This document shows positions 1-8,899 of a stretch of 64,000 bases of DNA, piece by piece. The position numbers were made by a program, and so were the translations under genes. The stretch is from a virus. The stretch covers positions 96,001-160,000 of IMG/VR virus record IMGVR_UViG_3300028783_000001. One strand, written 5' to 3'. The notes below the pieces were generated by a model. The model had not been told where the DNA came from and did no database searches. It saw only the letters and a program-made list of their open reading frames with translations. Within the stretch, counting starts at the first letter, position 1. The number at the start of each line of letters is the position of its first letter.

Positions 1-1
1 C

Positions 2-952
2 CCAGGAATAGATTGGTGGGAGTGTTGAAGAGAGCCCTCCTAGTAACATATTTTGATATATATTCACAAATAGATAGTTTGTCAGATTTGCAGATAATCC
101 TCCCCACAACAGATTCAATCCTGTATAACCAAATATGGATACTGGGCCAGATGCATTATAACCACCACAGGCGCTAACGCACAGTGGAGTGGTGGCAGTT
201 ATGTTTTGCGTCAAGATACTCAGAGTTGGGCTTGTAGATGGCAACGTGGTCGGATTACCATTTGCATCAGAAGGTCCTGACAAGATAGTCTGGAGTGATG
301 GTGCAGCGTTAATAGGTAATGCTTGAAATGTTGCATCAGCTCCAAGGAACATTCTTGCGGCACTGGAACCAGCAGGTGGAGCAGGAACCAATCCTGCTGC
401 ACCACCACCGCCTGCATCACCTATAGCTATAGGCACAGTTGTCCATCTACCACTAGCACCGAGCATTGCATTTGACACTGAGGAACCAGCAGGTGGAGCA
501 GGAACCAATCCCGCTGCACCACCAGCGCCTGCATCACCTATAAAATCTGTTAGTAGGGCCATCACCTCAGGCATAGTGAGATCAGCCACATTAGCTATTG
601 AACCAGTATCGTTACCCTTTAGTGTATTCGGCGGAGCTAGCGCAAGGCTTGCATTGGTTACCACATTCTCTTGTATTGTAGTTATGTTAGACCCAACGGC
701 GAGCGCCACATCCCCAACCAGTTCAGGCATTACCAAGATTGGGATATTTGTAGATAAATCACTAGCTAGTGATTCTTTTAGAAACTGAATGGTTTGCACG
801 TCCGCATCACATGCAAGCCGATCCGTATGTACATTGGCTGTCTCCGCAGCGGCAGCTAGAACCTGTGCCAGAATTACTCCAAGGCTAGCGGGTACATACC
901 CGACAACTACGGCAGTATTGCTATTGGTGTTGACGATTGATGTTACTGTCAT
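2..952 (-). CDS. Tail fibre / fibre-like protein, partial (runs off the window start)
   Basis: ATG at 952 after AAGGA; I saw no stop down to the window edge, so it is absent from the ORF track. Translation MTVTSIVNTN... contains fibre-type motifs (GDVAL..TTIQENVVTNASLA..NTLKGNDTG; two GDAG.GGAAGLVPAPPAGS units). Confidence 0.7.
   Translation of the reverse strand, partial: MTVTSIVNTNSNTAVVVGYVPASLGVILAQVLAAAAETANVHTDRLACDADVQTIQFLKESLASDLSTNIPILVMPELVGDVALAVGSNITTIQENVVTNASLALAPPNTLKGNDTGSIANVADLTMPEVMALLTDFIGDAGAGGAAGLVPAPPAGSSVSNAMLGASGRWTTVPIAIGDAGGGGAAGLVPAPPAGSSAARMFLGADATFQALPINAAPSLQTILSGPSDANGNPTTLPSTSPTLSILTQNITATTPLCVSACGGYNASGPVSIFGYTGLNLLWGGLSANLTNYLFVNIYQNMLLGGLSSTLPPIYSW
365..543. 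repeat. Two copies of a ~60 bp unit encoding IGDAG(A/G)GGAAGLVPAPPAGS
   Basis: ggaaccagcaggtggagcaggaaccaatc(c/t).gctgcaccacca.cgcctgcatcacctata at ~365-424 and ~482-542. Confidence 0.9.
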
Positions 953-964
953 ATTTGTAATTCC

Positions 965-1351
965 TTATGTCAGTGACATGGTTCCGATCATGCACGTCTT
1001 CGTTATTCCATCACCAGCAGCGACGCAGCGAAAGTCTAATGAAGCTGGAGCATTGGCCAACTTTGCCATCATATAGGATGGCACAGCCCATCCTAACACA
1101 GAGTTTGTTCCTGACGTTGGATTGCCAACCAGGTTGGGTCCAATACTAGCATAATCAGCTGTAGAAAACGTTTGTACCGGCATAGCTCCTTCAGAATATT
1201 TTATATATAATTTAAACGTGAATATAATTCCATCAAGGGCAATCTCAGTAACCCCATCACTGTAGAAGTACTGAAACCCCTCCACCCAGGTATCACCTCT
1301 AGGATTTATCATTGTTATAGTGATATCGGGAAGGACAAGTATTGAAGTCAT
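965..1351 (-). CDS. Small beta-rich fibre/baseplate accessory protein (BppU N-terminal-like)
   Basis: N-terminal I.I.PRGDTW motif and C-terminal G.M.L strand typical of this Ig-like family; lies among fibre genes. Confidence 0.5.
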   Translation of the reverse strand: MTSILVLPDITITMINPRGDTWVEGFQYFYSDGVTEIALDGIIFTFKLYIKYSEGAMPVQTFSTADYASIGPNLVGNPTSGTNSVLGWAVPSYMMAKLANAPASLDFRCVAAGDGITKTCMIGTMSLT

Positions 1352-1417
1352 TAGACACCACCTCTGTCTTGACCGAATCTACGTTAGCATTAATGCAGGC
1401 CGTTATTATACTGATAA

Positions 1418-1969
1418 TCAAGTTTCTGGACTACCTCGGCCGAGAGTTGGCATATGTGGCCATGGTAGTGAGTTGATTTGTGCCTCTGTAGTGATAGTGC
1501 CGTTATCAGCGCCCATGAGCGCATCCGCGTGCGCGGCATAGACCGCGCCAGAATGCTCCTCGTGTGCTATCTTTAGAATATCGACCTCATGCTTGTTCAG
1601 AATTTCTCGGAAGCCAAATCCAGTAATTAGGGTCACATTACGATCTGGATGGGTTGCAAGAAAATTCCAAGCGAGCGTTACACGGGAATAGCAAGCGATG
1701 TCCGAACACATACGGACGAAGCGCGGGGCTTCCTTAGTCCCGACGTTGACGCGGATTCCCGCGTTTTCGTAGGTGTCGAGAAGAACGTTTGCATAATGCT
1801 TCAGCGTCTCTCTATTGGACGAGTACAGAGGGAATCGCTTTTCAAGATGCTCGACGCTTGCCGGCTCTGGCGACGATATATGCTCGTCTTCCTGAGCGAC
1901 ATAATCTGGGTGAACGGTTCGCCACGAAAGCCCTGTCGTCGCGTGGTGCGTGTAGCAATAAGTTGGCAT
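1418..1969 (-). CDS. Tail fibre assembly chaperone-like protein (DUF4376-like)
   Basis: Directly downstream of the 812 aa fibre; C-terminal GTITTEAQINSLPWP motif typical of these chaperones. Confidence 0.55.
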   Translation of the reverse strand: MPTYCYTHHATTGLSWRTVHPDYVAQEDEHISSPEPASVEHLEKRFPLYSSNRETLKHYANVLLDTYENAGIRVNVGTKEAPRFVRMCSDIACYSRVTLAWNFLATHPDRNVTLITGFGFREILNKHEVDILKIAHEEHSGAVYAAHADALMGADNGTITTEAQINSLPWPHMPTLGRGSPET

Positions 1970-1983
1970 AGCAAAACCTCTCC

Positions 1984-4422
1984 TCAGATGTTAATCTGTC
2001 CACCTTCGACGCCTACATAACTAGAACCGGCTTGCAGGGCGACAAACACTGTCTGAACCTGTTCGAGAATTACTCTACCACGCCCAGGAGCACCGCTGTT
2101 AGGGCCAGCCAATGCCATATAAGGTAACCAGTTACTATTTGGCGACAACGAACAGACCGCCGCCGAACCAGAGAAAGTGTAGAGGTAGAAGTCTACAGCG
2201 ACAGACTTAACTGGGACGACGCCAGCAAGAGAGACGGTTGCTGGTAACCAAGCGTTCCAGTTTGACTCAGAGCCAATCGGACCAGATGCCACGACGGGAA
2301 ACGCAATCGTGTTTCCAGACGATTGTAAGAAATGCTGCCACTGATCGTTGACCTGCCTAATATTGTAGAGATTCTTAGACGAGTCGGTACGCCGCCAGCC
2401 ACAGCGCATATAAATGCTGTAGCCGCTCGGCACGGTCGGTGCGTTACCCTCGATTGTCAACCACGCGGTCTGCATCGATGTCGCCGAATTATATCCGACA
2501 TAAATATCATATGTGGCTGATGCTGATATAGTTCCAGTATCAATTCCACCAGCACCAACTGACGCGGTATTGATCGTTGCTGAAAATCCAGTGACCCCCA
2601 TGATTGAATCAGCAGTTATGTTAATTACGCTATTTGGCACACCAGACGAATTAACAATGAGTAGGTTGCTATATCGTGAAGCAGCACCGAGTGGAAGGGT
2701 TGGTACGGCTTTTAGTGGATTACTAGGAAGCCCATTACCAGTTATAGTAGTTCCATCCGAAACAATAGCAGGTTTCCACTGCGCTAGCGACGCGGGTGTT
2801 ACCCATGGAAACAGAAAAGATGTCTGACTAACACCAAGATTGACCTCAGCATTGGTCGCAGCCCTACCGTCACCTAGAGCTATAGAGGTAGCGTTTGAAA
2901 TTCCATAATCGACGCCGTTAAAAGTTATTGGTGCTATTGCACCTGGGATAGCATTTGCGATAGGCAAGCCGCCGATTGCGGCAGCAATCATCGTTGCCAC
3001 ACCTGCTGGCGTCGCGGCCTTTACGTGCGTGTAAGGTGGTGTGAGATAATCAGCGTCGCCGGCCAGCTCAAACATATCAACGAGCAAGGTATTAGAGTTC
3101 ATTGCAGTACCAACAACCCAGCGCGTGGATGACCCGACCGGTGTAATTTTTCCGGCATTTGTTCCAGTGTTGGCAAAATAGAGCGAACCTGATGTAAGAG
3201 GTATCGGCCAAGCAGTTGTCGACGGAATAGTTAGGATTCCGAAAAAGACGACATGGGTCATCGTGCTGTCAAGCACGCCTGTAGGTCGATGAGCAAGGTA
3301 TGTGTTCTGGTCTGCTATGAGCATAGGATCAGCAGCACGCCATACACGCCCTACGCTCATATCGAGGTAGACGACGTCACCTGGAACCAAACCTGGTGCA
3401 ATTCCATCACTACCTATTAGCCAACCGATATTCTCTTGTGTATAGCCTACGTTGATATTGAGACCACCAGCCATTGATATGAATATATCAGTAGTATTAG
3501 TAGCGAATCCAGCAGGGTTACCATTGTTTACAGTGGTAAGATTTCCAACATTGGGTCCGGTACCTACATAATAAACAGTTCCTGGAACTAATGGTGTTGA
3601 CAGTCCGCATGCTGCAGCTGATACCATCCCAGACATAGTAATCTCGTATGGGCTAGTACGTACACCTATACCTTGTGTAAGCGTGGACCCGCCGTCTGCT
3701 GGAAAGAATGTATTGGTGTTAGTATTGAGATAGCATGCATAGCCGACTAGCGCAGTTGAATCAAACATATCTAGCTGACACGCAATAACGTTTATTCCCT
3801 GATTTGGCCATACGTGATGGGGTGCAAACATCCACGCACCATTGTTACGAACCGCAATGACAGGCTCGCCTATATGCGTGTGGTTGTCAACCAAGTAGGT
3901 GTTGAAGGGGGTAGTGCTTGCATTTGGTAAATCATTTTCAGTAGCAACTTCCGGTAAACTAGCAGAAAGGCTTTCGATAATCGTCAGGTTTATTAGTCCT
4001 GCTGCGTTTGCAAGGTGCATGACGATGTTATAAAATGTAGTATTACCCACGACGGTCGGTGGGTTTGATGCATACTTGGCTGACTGGCCAGGCAGTACAG
4101 TCTTGCAGAATAACGTCCCACCCTCAAGCACGATACCGATATTACCAACTTCGAAGTTTCCGATGCTAGGATCTAACCGAATACGCCAGATGATTGTATC
4201 CTGATCGACCTGACTATAGGTCATCATCGATGTATCGTTTGAATAAATGTAACCATCGACATCGGTATCCGTCTCTAATGCTACACTACCTTCAGCAGCA
4301 CTCTGGGTTCCTATACGGAACCCAGCAACATTTATCTGAGGTCCGGTAATTCCTGCCTCGATTGCCGCTGACATTCCTGCCAGGGTTATAACTCCTGATA
4401 CGGAGTAGGTAATGTTAGCCAT
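1984..4422 (-). CDS. Tail fibre protein with N-terminal baseplate-attachment (tail-collar) domain
   Basis: N-terminus ITLAGMSA...IGNFEVGNIGIVLEGGTLF resembles the P2 gpH-type attachment domain; repeated G..YY..G.LT fibre modules. Confidence 0.75.
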   Translation of the reverse strand: MANITYSVSGVITLAGMSAAIEAGITGPQINVAGFRIGTQSAAEGSVALETDTDVDGYIYSNDTSMMTYSQVDQDTIIWRIRLDPSIGNFEVGNIGIVLEGGTLFCKTVLPGQSAKYASNPPTVVGNTTFYNIVMHLANAAGLINLTIIESLSASLPEVATENDLPNASTTPFNTYLVDNHTHIGEPVIAVRNNGAWMFAPHHVWPNQGINVIACQLDMFDSTALVGYACYLNTNTNTFFPADGGSTLTQGIGVRTSPYEITMSGMVSAAACGLSTPLVPGTVYYVGTGPNVGNLTTVNNGNPAGFATNTTDIFISMAGGLNINVGYTQENIGWLIGSDGIAPGLVPGDVVYLDMSVGRVWRAADPMLIADQNTYLAHRPTGVLDSTMTHVVFFGILTIPSTTAWPIPLTSGSLYFANTGTNAGKITPVGSSTRWVVGTAMNSNTLLVDMFELAGDADYLTPPYTHVKAATPAGVATMIAAAIGGLPIANAIPGAIAPITFNGVDYGISNATSIALGDGRAATNAEVNLGVSQTSFLFPWVTPASLAQWKPAIVSDGTTITGNGLPSNPLKAVPTLPLGAASRYSNLLIVNSSGVPNSVINITADSIMGVTGFSATINTASVGAGGIDTGTISASATYDIYVGYNSATSMQTAWLTIEGNAPTVPSGYSIYMRCGWRRTDSSKNLYNIRQVNDQWQHFLQSSGNTIAFPVVASGPIGSESNWNAWLPATVSLAGVVPVKSVAVDFYLYTFSGSAAVCSLSPNSNWLPYMALAGPNSGAPGRGRVILEQVQTVFVALQAGSSYVGVEGGQINI

Positions 4423-4442
4423 AAGGATTTCCTCTACATATA

Positions 4443-5711
4443 CTAGGCTACTGGGCTAGAGCCAATTGGATTAGATGCCATCGTTCCACCAGAACTTACT
4501 GCAACAATGGAAACCGTACCGACAGAAGCTACGCAGGCTGCGCTACCAGCTGCGACGAAGAAAGATACGGAACTGTTCACAGATGCATTGATGTTGATAC
4601 CTTGGATTACATTAGATTTAAGGTTAGCACCAACTCCAACTACCGACGCTGCAGCTACACTAATTGTAGGTAGTATGAAATCTGAAGCATTAGGCGAACC
4701 TATTGTAGCCAGCGCTGATATCTGAACTATTCCGATTACAGGTCCAGCGGATAAAATAGCAGCCACAGTAGCTGCTGTAGCGTTTGGTATTCCAAATCCC
4801 CACGTAAAGGAAAGATAAGATGCTACGGTTGCTGTCGCATTGACGATATTTAATGCGGATGTTCCAGGAACGAATAATTCAGGCTCTCCTACAGTTGCCG
4901 TAGTAACTGCAGTTAGCGGGGATAATAAAAGTTCCCACGTAGTTGTGCCAACCAACGCCGTTACAGTAGTGGGTGCAATAGTTGTATAGGAAATTAATGG
5001 TAGTAAACCAATTGCTGCATTAACAGCGATAGATAGTGGGGAAGCATAATTTATAGTCGATAGCGGCTTTGCTAATGCAGATGAAAATACGGGCGGATTT
5101 ACATATATTGTGGTATTACCCCCACTTGATATGATGATAAGTTGCCCAGATATAATTGCAAATAGAGAGCCTAGTGTTGCAGTGGCAGTGGCTCCATGAG
5201 TGAGGTGTGCATTTCCCGAAATAAATTGTGAACAAAATCTTGCACTAGCATATGATAGCGCTGGAGGAGCTATTAGCTGCACATTCTTTTCATAGAGCGA
5301 GGCATCTAGTGCTGGGAATATTGGTGACTGTACTTGGTAGACCCTATCAAACGGTCCTAGCGGAACTGTGGTCCAGTATTGTATTAGGACAGGTGTGACA
5401 ACGATATAGTTTAAGATAGTGGTGGAGTATGGGGCTAATACAAACTGGTTAGCACCGATCAAATCCCATGACGTACCAAGGTTAACCTGATGGTTGCCTT
5501 CCTGGTCCTGTTGGAAGCGCATATAACCACGCTTACCAACAGTGGCTATGTTGGCTTGTGGGTTTGCAAGAGTAGTGGGCCCCGCCAATAATATGGGCCC
5601 CCAATTAAATCCATCTGATCTAAGATCTATGGTAATGGGTGACGATAGTGGAACAGACCACTCCACAATCTCATCTTCCCATGGATGGCCCAAATAAGGA
5701 TTAACAGCCAT
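4443..5711 (-). CDS. Putative virion structural/fibre-associated protein
   Basis: 422 aa, Ala/Thr/Ser/Val-rich; N-terminal TTLANP..GKRGYMRFQQDQEGNHQV..GTSW module seen in fibre proteins. Confidence 0.5.
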   Translation of the reverse strand: MAVNPYLGHPWEDEIVEWSVPLSSPITIDLRSDGFNWGPILLAGPTTLANPQANIATVGKRGYMRFQQDQEGNHQVNLGTSWDLIGANQFVLAPYSTTILNYIVVTPVLIQYWTTVPLGPFDRVYQVQSPIFPALDASLYEKNVQLIAPPALSYASARFCSQFISGNAHLTHGATATATLGSLFAIISGQLIIISSGGNTTIYVNPPVFSSALAKPLSTINYASPLSIAVNAAIGLLPLISYTTIAPTTVTALVGTTTWELLLSPLTAVTTATVGEPELFVPGTSALNIVNATATVASYLSFTWGFGIPNATAATVAAILSAGPVIGIVQISALATIGSPNASDFILPTISVAAASVVGVGANLKSNVIQGININASVNSSVSFFVAAGSAACVASVGTVSIVAVSSGGTMASNPIGSSPVA

Positions 5712-5716
5712 CGTGG

Positions 5717-6319
5717 CTAATCCACATGAACTGAGACGAAGGCAGATGATGATAACGCATATAATTGCACCCGCCCTTTAAATGTAGTTGACGTCCATAT
5801 AGTTCCTGAGCTCCCAGATCCAGAGCCAAATCCTAATGAAATTATTGAAGGATTTACCGGCGGTGCACCAGGCAGCGCAGTACCATCATCAAGTAGGGCG
5901 ATGACAAGCGCACCAGATGTGTTTTGGATCGTTATACTAGCACGAGACATATTCTTTGGAATAGTATTGAGCAGAAGGAAATTGCCGTATGGAGCGGACG
6001 AGTTGAATCCTGATCCGACGTTTGGAAGTGTCGGAGCATTTATACTAAAATCTACACCAACTGAGCTAGTGGGGAAATCATATATTGCAATAAGTACGTC
6101 AGCAGCGCTCTGCGATGACGTATCATACTGTAGCGTTACCAACGAGCCTGCTACACTAGAGGCACCTAGATTTGGTGTTACTGGATCGTAGATCATAGCA
6201 CGAGATGTAGCGTTTATGATTGCTAGGAGACGGTTAATTATAAAGTTGTCGACGCTCGCAAAACTTACAGCCCCTGTTGCCGGATTGAACGAGTTTGGAA
6301 TTACTATTTGTTTTGTCAT
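5717..6319 (-). CDS. Putative virion structural protein
   Basis: 200 aa in the tail operon; beta-rich C-domain (RASITIQNTSG). Confidence 0.5.
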   Translation of the reverse strand: MTKQIVIPNSFNPATGAVSFASVDNFIINRLLAIINATSRAMIYDPVTPNLGASSVAGSLVTLQYDTSSQSAADVLIAIYDFPTSSVGVDFSINAPTLPNVGSGFNSSAPYGNFLLLNTIPKNMSRASITIQNTSGALVIALLDDGTALPGAPPVNPSIISLGFGSGSGSSGTIWTSTTFKGRVQLYALSSSAFVSVHVD

Positions 6320-6324
6320 TGTTG

Positions 6325-6795
6325 TTATCCGTAGATCAAGGCACTAACTAGTGCGTTTACAGATGGAGCCACAGTAATGGTAAGTGGGTTTACAGTCGCT
6401 GAGATATCATCATACCCAATATCGATGTAGAATGTACGGATATTTCCTAATGTATTTGGTAGTGAATTTGCAATCTTAGATCCAGCACCAGGAAAAGATG
6501 CGAGAGCGATCAGATTTGAGTTTGAATCAAACAAACCAATCGTGCCAATCGTAAATGTACCAATCGTCGCATCCATCGGAAGCGCAAAGCGCAGCACGTT
6601 TGGACCGGGAGAGTAGATCAGTAACTGCGGCGTGGTCATCCGAAATACGTTTGTGGGGAGGCTCGTCTCGTCGCCGCTACACGCAAGGACCTGATCAGTA
6701 ATAATTGCCGTTGTAATATTCACAGTTGTACCAGCCGTCATTGCGGCAAGCAATACATTGCGTCCCGTCTTTGTTAATACAGCAGCCTGTGCCAT
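6325..6795 (-). CDS. Stand-alone tail-collar / fibre-attachment domain protein
   Basis: LTKTGR...IGTFTIGTIGLFDSNSNLIALASFP..K is paralogous to the N-terminus of 1984-4422. Confidence 0.65.
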   Translation of the reverse strand: MAQAAVLTKTGRNVLLAAMTAGTTVNITTAIITDQVLACSGDETSLPTNVFRMTTPQLLIYSPGPNVLRFALPMDATIGTFTIGTIGLFDSNSNLIALASFPGAGSKIANSLPNTLGNIRTFYIDIGYDDISATVNPLTITVAPSVNALVSALIYG

Positions 6796-6819
6796 CTAGT
6801 GTCCTTTATATCTGAAACA

Positions 6820-6827
6820 AAATTGGT
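6820..6827 (-). promoter_or_regulatory. ACCAATTT motif (candidate phage late promoter); further copies at 24712, 29656, 33001 and 52552
   Basis: Identical 8-mer in five minus-strand intergenic gaps. Confidence 0.5.
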
Positions 6828-6834
6828 CGCGTAG

Positions 6835-8889
6835 CTACGCTGGTGGATTAAAGAGCCACGTCATCACAGCATCTGTCGGAAGTTCGGTATTCTGATTGAA
6901 TCCGTTTACGATGACGCGCTGCAACGTCCATTGACTAGTTACCGGTGCGTTATGAGGGTGTAAGATATTGCAGAAGGCGAAACCCGTGGGTATAGGCACC
7001 AAGAGGTCTTCATACCACCAATCAACATAGAGGCGTATTGTCTGAGTTGTTGAGTTTAATCTAAATCCAAAACACAGAGATGACGCTGCGTAGGCTATTA
7101 CTGGTGAAATAACTGTTGTAGTAACCCCAGAACCAACTACCTGGAAGCGAACAAGGTTGTCGCTGCTAATCCAGGCGATGATACGATCACCTAGCCGGTT
7201 ACGGAAGTCGAATAAAGTCTGATCTGATAATGACCACTCGGCAAACGATGGCATCGCTTGTATAAGCGCAAAACTAAATGGATAATTTAACTGAGTACCG
7301 TTACCAAGATCGAATGTGCTTTGGGCGTGAAGTATCGGAACGGTTGCTCCAGATAGAAAAGGTACGCTCGGAAATACAGAGTTTTCTACCTGTAAATTAT
7401 ACCACCATATAGTGTTGGTAGCGGTGCTGGTTCCGATCAGATCGTTGCCCCATGATGGGTAGATGGTAATATCACCACCAGTCATGACGGCCCAGATGGT
7501 TACAAATCCATCACCCATCATTTCAACGCCACACGCTACACCATTACTAGGATGAGCAACCCCAGAAACTAAATCGACGATTACCGAATCTACCCCCCGC
7601 TGTAGAGCAACATATTCTGACCCAGAACCAACCACGAGAGCTAGTGTCCAGGTAACCACATTTGTTCCAGTGATTACACCGGTCGTGTATATGGGTGCTT
7701 GATTAGTTGTGGTAAGAGTATACAAAAACTCTCCTGCCCACGAGGCCGCTCCAATTACTGTATTATTCGTCTTCGTCCATGATAGCGCTAGGGGATTGCT
7801 ACTGTTTGGCACATAGCCGTAGCGCGCAGGATTTATCAAGGCGCCATACTGACCTGGTAACCACCCAATGTAGTCTGAACAAGGCTCAGTAACAAAAGCG
7901 ACGTTGTTGTTTAGTGTGCTACCAACGATTGTCTGGTTTGATCCTACTGAAACCAACCCACCATCTGGTGCAGACACGAGCGGGCTCCAATCGACGTAGG
8001 GGCGTGCTGTAAATGCAAACTCCTCATCCACCTCACAACCAGCTACCATCATATTGACGGGCAACTCGCGCTGCGGGGCGTCGGGGAATAACAGTAACAC
8101 GTCCTCACTACGCTCGTATGGAAGCGGGCACAGCAGCAGCGTCATGACCTTGTCAGACGTCTGTATCGTGTCCTCGCTAGTCTCAAAGAACTGTAGGGAC
8201 ATGTAGAGTGGCCCTACGCGCAGCGTAACCTCTGTGGCGATCCACTCAAGCACGAGGTTGATTGGGGCCAGCTTGTAGAACACGTCGCGCAGTTCATTAA
8301 GGTCTACCGCCGCAACGTTTTTGGCAAACTCCTCGTAGAGCAGGCCGACGTGCGACGTGGGATAGTATGGACCAGGCGGCGAATCCCATAGCGACTTATT
8401 CTTGTTTGGAATCCAGTCCTGCGGATCAAACTCCTCATAGTCTTTTGTCCATAGTGGGATCATCTCCATCGGGACGCCGAGCGCGTAGCCGATGAAGCGC
8501 ACGAAGTCTTGAGGCCCATGGTTCTGCTCATAGAGCGAGATTGAGTAGAGTAGACGGTTGTAGTCGTCGTCAGTTAGATTTGTCGACCTCCAGTCGAGTC
8601 CCATCATCTTAAGTGTGATGACCTTCAAGACGGTGGAGATGTTTTCAGGTGAACGCGATAGCTCAAATGCGATTCGGTACTGCTCGAAGTAGTTGTAGAG
8701 GACTTGGCTTGTTACCGTAGCCATGTCATTCCAGGCCGGCCTGCTAGCCATGGATTCGGACAGCAGGTCGACTAGATTGAACCCCGCAGGGACGCCCTCT
8801 GGAACAACCACATCGATCCCATCGATAGGCAGCAACCCCTCCAAGTTTATGTCTGCACTAAATGGTGGATTAAAAGGGGAGCTGGTCAT
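6835..8889 (-). CDS. Baseplate wedge protein (gpI/gp7-like) with C-terminal lectin-like extension
   Basis: Likely start ATG 8889 (GAGGA RBS). N-half has MMGLDW...YNRLL..YEQNHG..FYKLAPINLVL, typical of wedge subunits downstream of baseplate J. Confidence 0.6.
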   Translation of the reverse strand: MTSSPFNPPFSADINLEGLLPIDGIDVVVPEGVPAGFNLVDLLSESMASRPAWNDMATVTSQVLYNYFEQYRIAFELSRSPENISTVLKVITLKMMGLDWRSTNLTDDDYNRLLYSISLYEQNHGPQDFVRFIGYALGVPMEMIPLWTKDYEEFDPQDWIPNKNKSLWDSPPGPYYPTSHVGLLYEEFAKNVAAVDLNELRDVFYKLAPINLVLEWIATEVTLRVGPLYMSLQFFETSEDTIQTSDKVMTLLLCPLPYERSEDVLLLFPDAPQRELPVNMMVAGCEVDEEFAFTARPYVDWSPLVSAPDGGLVSVGSNQTIVGSTLNNNVAFVTEPCSDYIGWLPGQYGALINPARYGYVPNSSNPLALSWTKTNNTVIGAASWAGEFLYTLTTTNQAPIYTTGVITGTNVVTWTLALVVGSGSEYVALQRGVDSVIVDLVSGVAHPSNGVACGVEMMGDGFVTIWAVMTGGDITIYPSWGNDLIGTSTATNTIWWYNLQVENSVFPSVPFLSGATVPILHAQSTFDLGNGTQLNYPFSFALIQAMPSFAEWSLSDQTLFDFRNRLGDRIIAWISSDNLVRFQVVGSGVTTTVISPVIAYAASSLCFGFRLNSTTQTIRLYVDWWYEDLLVPIPTGFAFCNILHPHNAPVTSQWTLQRVIVNGFNQNTELPTDAVMTWLFNPPA

Positions 8890-8899
8890 GATGTTATCC

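Noticed and set aside
365-543. Direct repeats as a CRISPR array or DGR template/variable pair
   Set aside because: Only two in-frame coding copies, no spacer series, no adenine-specific differences and no reverse transcriptase or cas genes in the window.
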